In this document: in pieces, positions 56,818 through 64,000 of the stretch
How the letters are laid out: each line of letters begins with the position of its first letter
How positions within the stretch are numbered: position 1 is the first letter of the stretch
Position numbers and translations under genes: made by a program
Assembly (NCBI GenBank): GCA_036679645.1
Contig: JAZDCY010000056.1
Coordinates: forward strand, 75,911 to 139,910
Reading direction: 5' to 3'
From: Gemmatimonadota bacterium
GTDB taxonomy: Bacteria > Gemmatimonadota > Gemmatimonadetes > Gemmatimonadales > GWC2-71-9
DNA: 64,000 nucleotides
The notes under the pieces: generated by a model
Databases searched by the model: none
What the model saw: only the letters and a program-made list of their open reading frames with translations
What the model was told of the DNA's origin: nothing

Positions 56818-57240
56818 CTACTCCCCGGATTCGTCCACCTTTGCGGGCGTGTCGATGTCGGGCGGTGTCTCGGTAGCTGCCGCACTCGGCGCCGCATCCG
56901 GGACCGGCGCGGCTTCGGAGGCATCTGCGGCCGTCTTCCCCAACTCTTCCACCGCCGCACGTCCCGCGCCTGCCAGCTTGTCCAACGCCTTGGTCGCCGA
57001 GTCCATTGCGGACACGGTCCCGCGAATCGCCGCCGCGGGGAGTCGGCCCGCGCGCATGGTGTCTTCGACGCCTTCCGCGATCCGGTCGATGACAGACGCC
57101 TTGTGTTCGCCGGTGCCGTACTTGGTCTCGAGGAACTCCGCGTAATCGAGGACCTGGTATCCTTGCTCGTCCTTCAGGTTGGCTAGTCGCCGCTGAATGC
57201 GCTTCATCAGAAGTTCGTTCATTGCATCGTCACCTTCCAT
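56818..57240 (-). CDS. hypothetical protein, disordered Ala/Pro-rich C-terminus
   Basis: 140-aa ORF. Its ATG overlaps the stop of the upstream SH3-repeat gene by 1 nt (TGATG). No firm family assignment. Confidence 0.5.
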   Translation of the reverse strand: MEGDDAMNELLMKRIQRRLANLKDEQGYQVLDYAEFLETKYGTGEHKASVIDRIAEGVEDTMRAGRLPAAAIRGTVSAMDSATKALDKLAGAGRAAVEELGKTAADASEAAPVPDAAPSAAATETPPDIDTPAKVDESGE

Positions 57241-58262
57241 CAGTGTTGGTTGGCCATGAGATCGACCAACTCCAAGACGGGGTTGCCAAGGTAATGCGAC
57301 CGCCCGGTACGGACGCGGCCGATGATTGTGATCTCCACCAGCGGCTCGAGCGCCTCCACTTCCGCAACCCGGTCATCGGGCAGGATGACATACACAAAAC
57401 CGCGTTCCGGAACCGGTCCCCGTGCCAGCAGGTAGCGACTGCCCGCCGGAATCTCTCGGCGTAACTCGTCCGACGCCGGAACCGCGATGTATTGGAGCGT
57501 CCACTGTAGCAGTTGCCCCTCGAAATCCTGCGGGCGGCTGCGCACCTCCGTTCCCGTGACGCCCGCGAGCACGTCACCGCCCCCGGTATCGAGTTCGGTC
57601 GCGCGCACCCACCCATCTACCTGTACGCGCACCCACTCGCCCGACCGCGATACAACGCGAACCGAGGCTCCGGGACGGATGTGCCCCACCGAGTCCCCGT
57701 CCGCCGTGCGCAGCAGACCCGTCTCGCCCGCCACGCGAGCGCGGTCGAGCGTTGCGCCAGACGGGCGTGGAGCCGCCGTTCCGCCTCTAGGAGATGCGGC
57801 GGCCGTCGCGACCGGCTCGAGTGATCGCTTCCACATCCAACCCAAGCGGCGCACTCTGATCCAGTCACCCTGCCGCGCCAACTCCTCCATGAGGAACCCG
57901 TTCAGGAGCTGCGCCAACACCGGTCCGTTGGGCCGGGCGCGCAGGTTCTCACCGTTGGCCGCACTCACGCGCAGATCGAAGCCGCCGCGGGTGTCGGGCC
58001 GGACCGATTGGGACCAAATCCACCCCTCGAGGGTTACCTGCATCCAGTTACTGCGCTCGTCACGGACGATGAGTTGGGTCCCACGACTGACGCGCGCCAG
58101 GAGCCGCCCGGTCGCTTGCGGATCGAGCCGGAAGTTCTCCGCCCGGGCCGCACGATATCGCTCTTGCGCCGGAGCGGGCCGAGAGCCGGCAACCGAGAGC
58201 ACAGCAACCAGTGCCAGTGAGGCTGGAAGCGCTCGGGGGAGGTAGCTACATTCTTTCATCAC
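57240..58262 (-). CDS. secreted protein with bacterial SH3-like repeats
   Basis: Signal peptide LPASLALVAVLSVAGSRPAPAQ. Three repeats of the pattern ...NLRA.P...V...L..G....V......WV.V...GW.W. Confidence 0.6.
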   Translation of the reverse strand: MMKECSYLPRALPASLALVAVLSVAGSRPAPAQERYRAARAENFRLDPQATGRLLARVSRGTQLIVRDERSNWMQVTLEGWIWSQSVRPDTRGGFDLRVSAANGENLRARPNGPVLAQLLNGFLMEELARQGDWIRVRRLGWMWKRSLEPVATAAASPRGGTAAPRPSGATLDRARVAGETGLLRTADGDSVGHIRPGASVRVVSRSGEWVRVQVDGWVRATELDTGGGDVLAGVTGTEVRSRPQDFEGQLLQWTLQYIAVPASDELRREIPAGSRYLLARGPVPERGFVYVILPDDRVAEVEALEPLVEITIIGRVRTGRSHYLGNPVLELVDLMANQH

Positions 58263-58297
58263 CGATAGTTAGCTCATTCTAGGAGAACCCTCTCGCG

Positions 58298-59002
58298 ATG
58301 TCAAAGTGGCTCTCCCCGCTGCTCCTCACGTTGTTGGTTCCCACCGGCGCCTCAGCGCAGGTGGGGCACGATCCGGCCCATTCCCCGTACCGGGATATCC
58401 GCAACCGCACCAGTTTCATCGCGACGGCGTGGCGCGTGACCGGTGGGGGCGGCAGCCTCGATATCGGTCCGCGGTCCGGCGAGGGTCTGGGTCTCCGGTA
58501 CGAGATGCGTCTGACCGGCCCGAGCGACACGTTCTTCGAGGTCGCGTGGACCCGCCTCGAACGGAAGGTCATCGATCCCGACGGAGCGGAAGCGGACCGG
58601 GTTTCAGGTCCGGTGGACCAGTCCGTCGTCTTTGTGGGCTCGGGACTCAGCGTGTTGTTGGGCGGCGACAAGACGTGGAACGGTCTCGCACCCTATGTCG
58701 GCGGTTCGCTGGGTCTTGCCTTCGGAAGCGACGTCGCGTCCGACTCGAGTGGGTTCACCTTCAACGCGAAGTTGGTGAGCGGCCCGCACGCCGGCTTACG
58801 ATGGTACGCCACGCGTGCGCTCTCGTTCCGCCTCGAGGGACGCCTGCTCTTTTGGCAGCTGAAGTACCCCAGCCGTTTCTTCGCCGATCCTCTCCGGGCT
58901 CCCGGCGATTCTCCGGTGCTCAACCTGGCAACGGACCCCGACTCGGAGTGGACGTCGCATCCGACGCTCACCATCGCCGTGGGGTACGCCCTGCGGCTCT
59001 AA
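58298..59002 (+). CDS. putative small outer-membrane beta-barrel protein
   Basis: Signal peptide MSKWLSPLLLTLLVPTGASAQ. Alternating-hydrophobicity strands end in TLTIAVGYALRL. It lies 3 nt upstream of the ABC permease gene. Confidence 0.5.
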   Translation: MSKWLSPLLLTLLVPTGASAQVGHDPAHSPYRDIRNRTSFIATAWRVTGGGGSLDIGPRSGEGLGLRYEMRLTGPSDTFFEVAWTRLERKVIDPDGAEADRVSGPVDQSVVFVGSGLSVLLGGDKTWNGLAPYVGGSLGLAFGSDVASDSSGFTFNAKLVSGPHAGLRWYATRALSFRLEGRLLFWQLKYPSRFFADPLRAPGDSPVLNLATDPDSEWTSHPTLTIAVGYALRL

Positions 59003-59005
59003 CGC

Positions 59006-59710
59006 GTGGACTTCATCGCCGACGGATTCCGGCGTGGTGCACAACTTGTCGCGACCGGAGACGCCGAGGTCTTCGGCATTGCGTTGCTGTCGTTTCGGGT
59101 CGCCGTCGTCGCCACCATTCTCTCGTGTTTCATCGGCATTCCAGTCGGATTCGTCGTGGGAACGACCCGTTTTTGGGGACGCCGCGCGGCGATTACCGCG
59201 CTCAACACGATGCTGGCGTTTCCGACGGTCGTCGTAGGACTCCTCGTGTGGGGCCTGTTGGCGCGCGGCGGGCCGCTGGGCGGGATGGGCCTTCTCTACA
59301 CGTGGTGGGCCATCGTGATCGCGGAGGTCGTGCTCGCCGTACCGATCGCGGCGGCGCTCACCGCTGCAGCCGTTCAGGGTATCGACCCGCGCGTACGGCG
59401 CACGGCCATGACACTCGGGGCTGGGCCGTGGCGGGTTCACTGGACGGTGGCCCGTGAGGCACGTTATGCCCTGGGTGCCGCCGTGGTCGTCGCCTTCGGC
59501 CGGGTGCTGGCCGAGGTCGGGGCGGCGATGATCGTGGGCGGCAACATCCGTCACCACACCCGTACGCTCACGACTGCCGTGGCGCTCGCGACCTCACAGG
59601 GAGACTTCGCGTTGGCGATGGCGGTGGGTCTCGTGCTGATCTCCATTGCGCTCACCGTGAACGTCCTTCTCCAGATGCTGCAGGCGCGTGGTGATGCTGC
59701 AGGCGCGTAA
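59006..59710 (+). CDS. ABC transporter permease, tungstate/molybdate (TupB/ModB-like) type
   Basis: 234 aa with about 5-6 TM. AITALNTMLAFPTVVVGL and MTLGAGPW...GRVLAEVGAAMIVGGNI resemble oxoanion-type permeases. Substrate is inferred from the neighbouring Moco genes. Confidence 0.7.
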   Translation: MDFIADGFRRGAQLVATGDAEVFGIALLSFRVAVVATILSCFIGIPVGFVVGTTRFWGRRAAITALNTMLAFPTVVVGLLVWGLLARGGPLGGMGLLYTWWAIVIAEVVLAVPIAAALTAAAVQGIDPRVRRTAMTLGAGPWRVHWTVAREARYALGAAVVVAFGRVLAEVGAAMIVGGNIRHHTRTLTTAVALATSQGDFALAMAVGLVLISIALTVNVLLQMLQARGDAAGA

Positions 59711-60689
59711 CCTCACCCAACGGCGTGCCGGTCGTTCGGTCATCGATATTGCGGAGCTCGATCTTCCGCCCGGCACCGGAACTGCCATCGTGGGCCCCAA
59801 CGGGTCGGGGAAGAGCACGTTGCTCCGCCTGCTTGCGTTCGTCGACACACCAACTGGAGGGTCACTGACCTTCGAGGGGCGGCCGATTCGAACGCGCGCC
59901 GACCGGAAGACGGCGCGCCGTGCCGTAACGCTGGTCGAGCAACACCCGCTGCTGTTCGACGTGACGGTGCAAGCGAACCTGCGCTACCCACTCGCCCTGC
60001 GCCGGCTCGACCCCTCGGAGATCGACCGTCGCATTGCCGCGAGCCTCGAGGCGCTCGGCGCCGCGCATCTGCGCCATCGGCCCGCCCGCGCCCTCTCGGG
60101 CGGCGAGACGCAGCGCGTCGCCCTCGCGCGGGCCCTGGCCCTGCAACCGCGCCTCCTGCTGCTGGACGAGCCGCTCAGCGCCGCCGACCGGTCGGCCACT
60201 GCCCTGCTGGCCGCTGCCCTCGGGCAGCTCCTGGCCGAGGGCACCACCGTCTGTTTCACCTCGCACCAGCTGGAGGACGCCTACCGTTGGGCGGACCGGG
60301 TCGTTGCGCTCACCGACGGCCGCATCACCGGCGTCACGCCAGAAAACCTGTTTCGGACGGACCTTCCCGCCGGGTACGGATCGAAGACGGTGCGCGCCGG
60401 TCCGCTCGAGCTGATCGTGGTGACGGATCTCACTGGCCCGGCAACCGTACTCATTCCACCGGACGACATCGTCGTGAGCACGCAGCGTTTCGAGTCGAGC
60501 GCCCGCAATCAGTTCGCCGGTAAGATCATCCGTCTGGCTGACGACGGGCACGGGCGCGTGTCGCTCACCGTAGATGTCGGAACGGATCTGATCGTGCGGA
60601 TCACCCCCGCCGCCCTCGCCGATCTGGGGCTCGGGCTCGGATCTGAGGTCATGCTCTCGGTCAAGGCGATGGCCGTGCAGGTGATCTGA
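59688..60689 (+). CDS. ABC transporter ATPase with a C-terminal TOBE/Mop-like domain
   Basis: Walker A GPNGSGKST, signature LSGGETQRV, Walker B LLLLDEP. The C-terminal ARNQFAGKIIRL...VDVG..L.VRIT...LGL..G..V.LSVKA is TOBE-like. Confidence 0.85.
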   Translation: MVMLQARNLTQRRAGRSVIDIAELDLPPGTGTAIVGPNGSGKSTLLRLLAFVDTPTGGSLTFEGRPIRTRADRKTARRAVTLVEQHPLLFDVTVQANLRYPLALRRLDPSEIDRRIAASLEALGAAHLRHRPARALSGGETQRVALARALALQPRLLLLDEPLSAADRSATALLAAALGQLLAEGTTVCFTSHQLEDAYRWADRVVALTDGRITGVTPENLFRTDLPAGYGSKTVRAGPLELIVVTDLTGPATVLIPPDDIVVSTQRFESSARNQFAGKIIRLADDGHGRVSLTVDVGTDLIVRITPAALADLGLGLGSEVMLSVKAMAVQVI

Positions 60690-60709
60690 CCGGCGAGTAG
60701 ATTGCTAGC

Positions 60710-61135
60710 GTGCCGACCGCCCGTCTGACCCGCATCGTGCCTTTCAGCGCGGCGCACCGCTACTATCGGCCCGAGTGGTCAGACGAGCGCAACGACGAGG
60801 TGTTCGGTCTATGCGCGCGCGAGCACGGACACGGGCACAATTACCGCTGTCACGTAACGGTGAGCGGTCCCGTGTCGGAGGAGACGGGCATGCTCGTGGA
60901 CCTGGCGACGCTCGATGGTCTCCTGGACGAGGAGATCCGCCAGCCATTCGATCATCGGCATCTGAACCACGATGTTGCCGAGTTCGCGTTTGGGAAACGG
61001 ATTCCCACCGCGGAGGCGCTGGCAATCTACGTCTGGGACCGACTGACGCCGCGCTTGCCTACCACCATCAGCCTGGAAACCGTCCGGATCGAGGAGGATC
61101 ACGATCTCTACGCCGAGTACCATGGCGAGCCCTGA
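60710..61135 (+). CDS. queD: 6-carboxytetrahydropterin synthase / 6-pyruvoyl-tetrahydropterin synthase family
   Basis: 141 aa with FSAAHRY and LCAREHGHGHNY (the Cx3HGH QueD-type motif). Confidence 0.85.
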   Translation: MPTARLTRIVPFSAAHRYYRPEWSDERNDEVFGLCAREHGHGHNYRCHVTVSGPVSEETGMLVDLATLDGLLDEEIRQPFDHRHLNHDVAEFAFGKRIPTAEALAIYVWDRLTPRLPTTISLETVRIEEDHDLYAEYHGEP

Positions 61136-61883
61136 CCCGGTACCGACGCGCAAGCGCGGCGGCCGCTTGGCGCATCACGCGCTAGTGGACGAGGTTCCCG
61201 TGTGGCTCGAGATCAATGGCACCCCGACCGTGACCTGGATGTGCACACCGGAGCTGCTCGAGGAGTTGGCAATCGGTTGGCTCCACGGTGAGGGATACAT
61301 CCGATCCACTGATGACGTCGTGAGTTTGCGACCGTGCGCGACCGACCTCGGCTTCTGGGCGGACGTGAGTAGTGATCTGGTAGACGCAGTGCGCGCGGAA
61401 GACCGGACACCCGTACTGGCTTCGGGCTGTGGGTCGGTTTCGATCATGTTGGCCGATCCGTCCACGCAGTCGCGCCAGGATGTACGCGGCCCCGCGCCCG
61501 ACACGGCGTCATTGCGCGGATTGTTCAAGCAAGTTTTTGCGCGGGGCGAACGGTATCAGACGACCGGCGGGATTCATGCGGCCGCTCTGACCGACGGCGA
61601 GGCGCTCTTCCACCACGCGGAGGACATCGGCCGGCACAACGCCGTAGACAAGGTAATCGGCGCCGCCCTGTTGGACCGTCGCAACGTCGTGGGGCTCGGG
61701 CTTCTCGTGACTGGGAGGATCTCCGCGGAGCTGGCGTTCAAGGCCGCACGGGCGGGGTTGGACTGGGTCGCCACCCCATCGGTCCCGTCAACGCTCGCGG
61801 CGCGGGTCGCCGCGCGCGCCGGTATGTACCTCGTGGGCCGGGCAGTGAGCGGGACTCCCCACGTGCACCATCCGCACGCGTGA
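61122..61883 (+). CDS. fdhD: formate dehydrogenase accessory sulfurtransferase
   Basis: 253 aa with CTPELLEELAIGWLHGEGYI, the SGCGS loop, GGIHAAAL and GRHNAVDKVIG. Confidence 0.85.
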   Translation: MASPDPVPTRKRGGRLAHHALVDEVPVWLEINGTPTVTWMCTPELLEELAIGWLHGEGYIRSTDDVVSLRPCATDLGFWADVSSDLVDAVRAEDRTPVLASGCGSVSIMLADPSTQSRQDVRGPAPDTASLRGLFKQVFARGERYQTTGGIHAAALTDGEALFHHAEDIGRHNAVDKVIGAALLDRRNVVGLGLLVTGRISAELAFKAARAGLDWVATPSVPSTLAARVAARAGMYLVGRAVSGTPHVHHPHA

Positions 61884-62485
61884 CCGTACGTGGCGCGGTG
61901 CTCGCCGGCGGGAAGGCCAGTCGCTACGACGGGCGGCCCAAGGGACTCGAGCGTGTCGGTGGCGAGCGTATCCTCGACCGTGTCATCGCGGCCATGAAGA
62001 TCGCGGTCGGGACACCGCCTCTCCTGATCGCGAACGCCGAGGACGCGAAAACCTGGAGATCCGATCTGACAATCATGGCCGATCTCCGACCCGATTGCGG
62101 CAGCCTGGGTGGTCTCTACACGGCCGTAGGCGCGGGAAGCGAACCCGTGCTCACAGTGGCCTGGGATATGCCGTTCGTGCCGCCGGAGTTGCTCAAGGCG
62201 CTCATCGACGGGGCCGAGGGATACGACGTCTTCCTCCCCGAAAGCGGCGGACGCCGAGGGGTGGAACCATTATGCGGTGTCTACGGTCCCAACTGCGGGG
62301 ATGCAATACAGCTATCGCTCGACGACGAAGATTTTCGGGCAATCGGGTTCCACCGCGCGGTGCGCGTGGGAACCCTCCCGCTCGAGACGGTGTCGTCCTT
62401 TGGCGATCCGGAGACGCTGTTTTTCAACGTGAACTCGACTGAAGACCTCAAAACTGCAGAGGAGCTGTGGCGCCAACTCGCATGA
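61880..62485 (+). CDS. mobA: molybdenum cofactor guanylyltransferase
   Basis: GAVLAGGKASRYDGRPKGL N-terminal motif. GTGA overlap with the fdhD stop. Confidence 0.85.
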   Translation: MTVRGAVLAGGKASRYDGRPKGLERVGGERILDRVIAAMKIAVGTPPLLIANAEDAKTWRSDLTIMADLRPDCGSLGGLYTAVGAGSEPVLTVAWDMPFVPPELLKALIDGAEGYDVFLPESGGRRGVEPLCGVYGPNCGDAIQLSLDDEDFRAIGFHRAVRVGTLPLETVSSFGDPETLFFNVNSTEDLKTAEELWRQLA

Positions 62486-63003
62486 TGTCCGTCATCGGAC
62501 GGAAGAACGCCGGGAAGACCACGCTCGTGGTTGCGCTCGCGCAGGAGTACGCACGTCGCGGCCGCAAGGTGGCAACGATCAAGCACGGACACCACCCGAC
62601 CGTGCTTGACCAGGAGGGAAAAGACACCTGGCGTCACTACCATGAAGGGAAAGCCTTCCAGACGCTAATCGAGTCACCCGGCGAGAGAGCACTCTTCGAG
62701 CGTACCGACGAGGAGGCAAGCCCGCTCGTTCTGGCCAGGCGGTACATGAGCAACGCGGACGTCGTCATTGTCGAGGGCTTCAGTCAGCACGAGATCCCGA
62801 AGATCGAGGTGTATCGCAAGAGCGAGCACCCCACGCCGATCTTCGACGAGGCGAAACACGATCCGTCACAGTGGATCGCGATACTGGTCGACGACCGAAC
62901 CCTCCGGTTCCCTTTCCCGGTGTTTTCCTTCGGCGATACGAGTTGGTTCAACAACCTCGCCCACGTCGCCTGGAGCCGTGCCATGGTGCTCGACGCCGAG
63001 TAG
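62482..63003 (+). CDS. mobB: molybdopterin-guanine dinucleotide biosynthesis adaptor protein
   Basis: ATG at 62482 (ATGA overlap). MMSVIGRKNAGKTTLVVAL P-loop and VATIKHGHH. Confidence 0.85.
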   Translation: MMSVIGRKNAGKTTLVVALAQEYARRGRKVATIKHGHHPTVLDQEGKDTWRHYHEGKAFQTLIESPGERALFERTDEEASPLVLARRYMSNADVVIVEGFSQHEIPKIEVYRKSEHPTPIFDEAKHDPSQWIAILVDDRTLRFPFPVFSFGDTSWFNNLAHVAWSRAMVLDAE

Positions 63004-63004
63004 C

Positions 63005-64000
63005 ATGCGTTCTCCCGGCCAGGCGGCCCGTGACATCCTCGAACACATCAACGCGCTCGCCGTCGAGCGACTCCCGATTCCGGAAGCGCTCGGGCGGGTT
63101 GCGGCGGCGGATGTCTCCAGTCCCATAGATCTCCCGCCGTGGGACAACTCGGCTATGGATGGTTACGCCGCCCGGAGCACGGACCTCACGGGCGCCGCCA
63201 CGGGAGCGCCCGCACCGGAACTCCGCGTTGTCGAGGTGATACCAGCCGGCGCGTTCCCGTCACGGGCGCTCCGGCCAGGTGAGTGCAGCCGCATCTTCAC
63301 GGGCGCACCGCTACCGGACGGATCGGATACGGTGATCCGTCAGGAGGATGTCACTGACCTCGATGCGGGACGTGTTCGCATCAACGATCTCCGTGACGTC
63401 GGACGTAACGTGCGGCGCCACGGGGAGGACATCGAGCGAGATCACATCGTCATCGAGCAGGGCACGCCAATCGACCCGGCGCACGTGGGCTTGCTCGCTT
63501 CGATCGCGCAGCTGGACGTGCCGGTCTACCGGAAGCCGAAAGTCGCGATTCTGGGTTCCGGCGACGAGATCGTCGACCTCGACGAGCGCGATGCGATCTT
63601 GCGGGGACGCAAGATTGCGTCGTCGAACACGTACACGCTCGTCGCCATGATCGCGCAGGCGGGTGCTACGGCCACCAACCTCGGGATCGCGCGAGACGAT
63701 CCCGCGGACCTGCGGGCTCGCCTTGCCGGTGCGGCCGACGCCGATCTACTCGTGACGTCTGCCGGTATCAGCGTCGGCGAGCACGACCACATGCGGACCG
63801 TACTCGAGGACATGGGCGCCGATCTCAAGTTCTGGCGATTGGGCATGCGACCGGGAGCGCCGGTGGGGTTCGGCATCGTCGATGCCACCCCCTGGATTGG
63901 TTTGCCGGGAAACCCGGTCAGCACCATGGTCACATTCGAGCTGTTTGCGCGGCCGGCGATCCGCAAAATGCTGGGCCACCGCGCATTGTTCCGCCGGACA
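63005..64000 (+). CDS. moeA: molybdopterin molybdenumtransferase, 5' part (runs off the right edge)
   Basis: Manual translation from ATG 63005 gives MRSPGQAARDILEHINALAVERLPIPEALGRVAAADVSSPIDLPPWDNSAMDGYA...IFTGAPLPDGSDTVIRQED. The frame stays open to the window end, so it is absent from the ORF track. Confidence 0.85.
   Translation, partial: MRSPGQAARDILEHINALAVERLPIPEALGRVAAADVSSPIDLPPWDNSAMDGYAARSTDLTGAATGAPAPELRVVEVIPAGAFPSRALRPGECSRIFTGAPLPDGSDTVIRQEDVTDLDAGRVRINDLRDVGRNVRRHGEDIERDHIVIEQGTPIDPAHVGLLASIAQLDVPVYRKPKVAILGSGDEIVDLDERDAILRGRKIASSNTYTLVAMIAQAGATATNLGIARDDPADLRARLAGAADADLLVTSAGISVGEHDHMRTVLEDMGADLKFWRLGMRPGAPVGFGIVDATPWIGLPGNPVSTMVTFELFARPAIRKMLGHRALFRRT

Overview
Visibly GC-rich bacterial chromosomal segment. 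GC was not computed. Gene content and protein signatures resemble Gemmatimonadota-type genomes, but the taxon is my inference. I support about 58 protein-coding genes, packed densely with many 4-nt start/stop overlaps. I found no rRNA, tRNA or CRISPR array.

Left to right the window contains:
- maf (partial), dtd, glmS, glmM and an HD-GYP response regulator.
- A long translationally coupled plus-strand run: M48 peptidase, purD, mutM, a Ddl-like ATP-grasp, a 4x zinc-ribbon HExxH protein and a Cho-like GIY-YIG nuclease. A CaCA antiporter follows.
- A disrupted sortilin/BNR gene.
- A type IV minor-pilin cluster (FimT/PilV/PilW/PilX-like).
- A single RAYT (IS200-like Y1 transposase) flanked by inverted double-hairpin REP-like repeats.
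- Four Ser/Thr kinases. Two are tandem paralogs with TolB-like propellers and one is frameshifted.
- An ECF sigma operon.
- Two convergent TLC (ATP/ADP-translocase-like) transporters, one fused to HEAT repeats.
- mrp, nrnA, an alanine:cation symporter, a Tat-signal aminotransferase and guaB.
- A tungstate/molybdate ABC transporter plus queD-fdhD-mobA-mobB-moeA.

The most unusual content is a contiguous block at about 30.5-40.5 kb. There, signal-peptide-bearing kinase-like domains occur once fused to and once adjacent to Omp85-type barrels, together with a secreted metallophosphoesterase, DegP and a membrane kinase.

Other oddities:
- An 8-bp x 11 tandem repeat abutting a stop codon.
- A 73-bp AT-rich heptad-repeat palindrome (GATTACA/GATTGGA units) ending 4 nt before a kinase start codon.
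- Three frame disruptions and one internally deleted gene remnant.

All functional calls rest on motifs read by eye. No database search was run.
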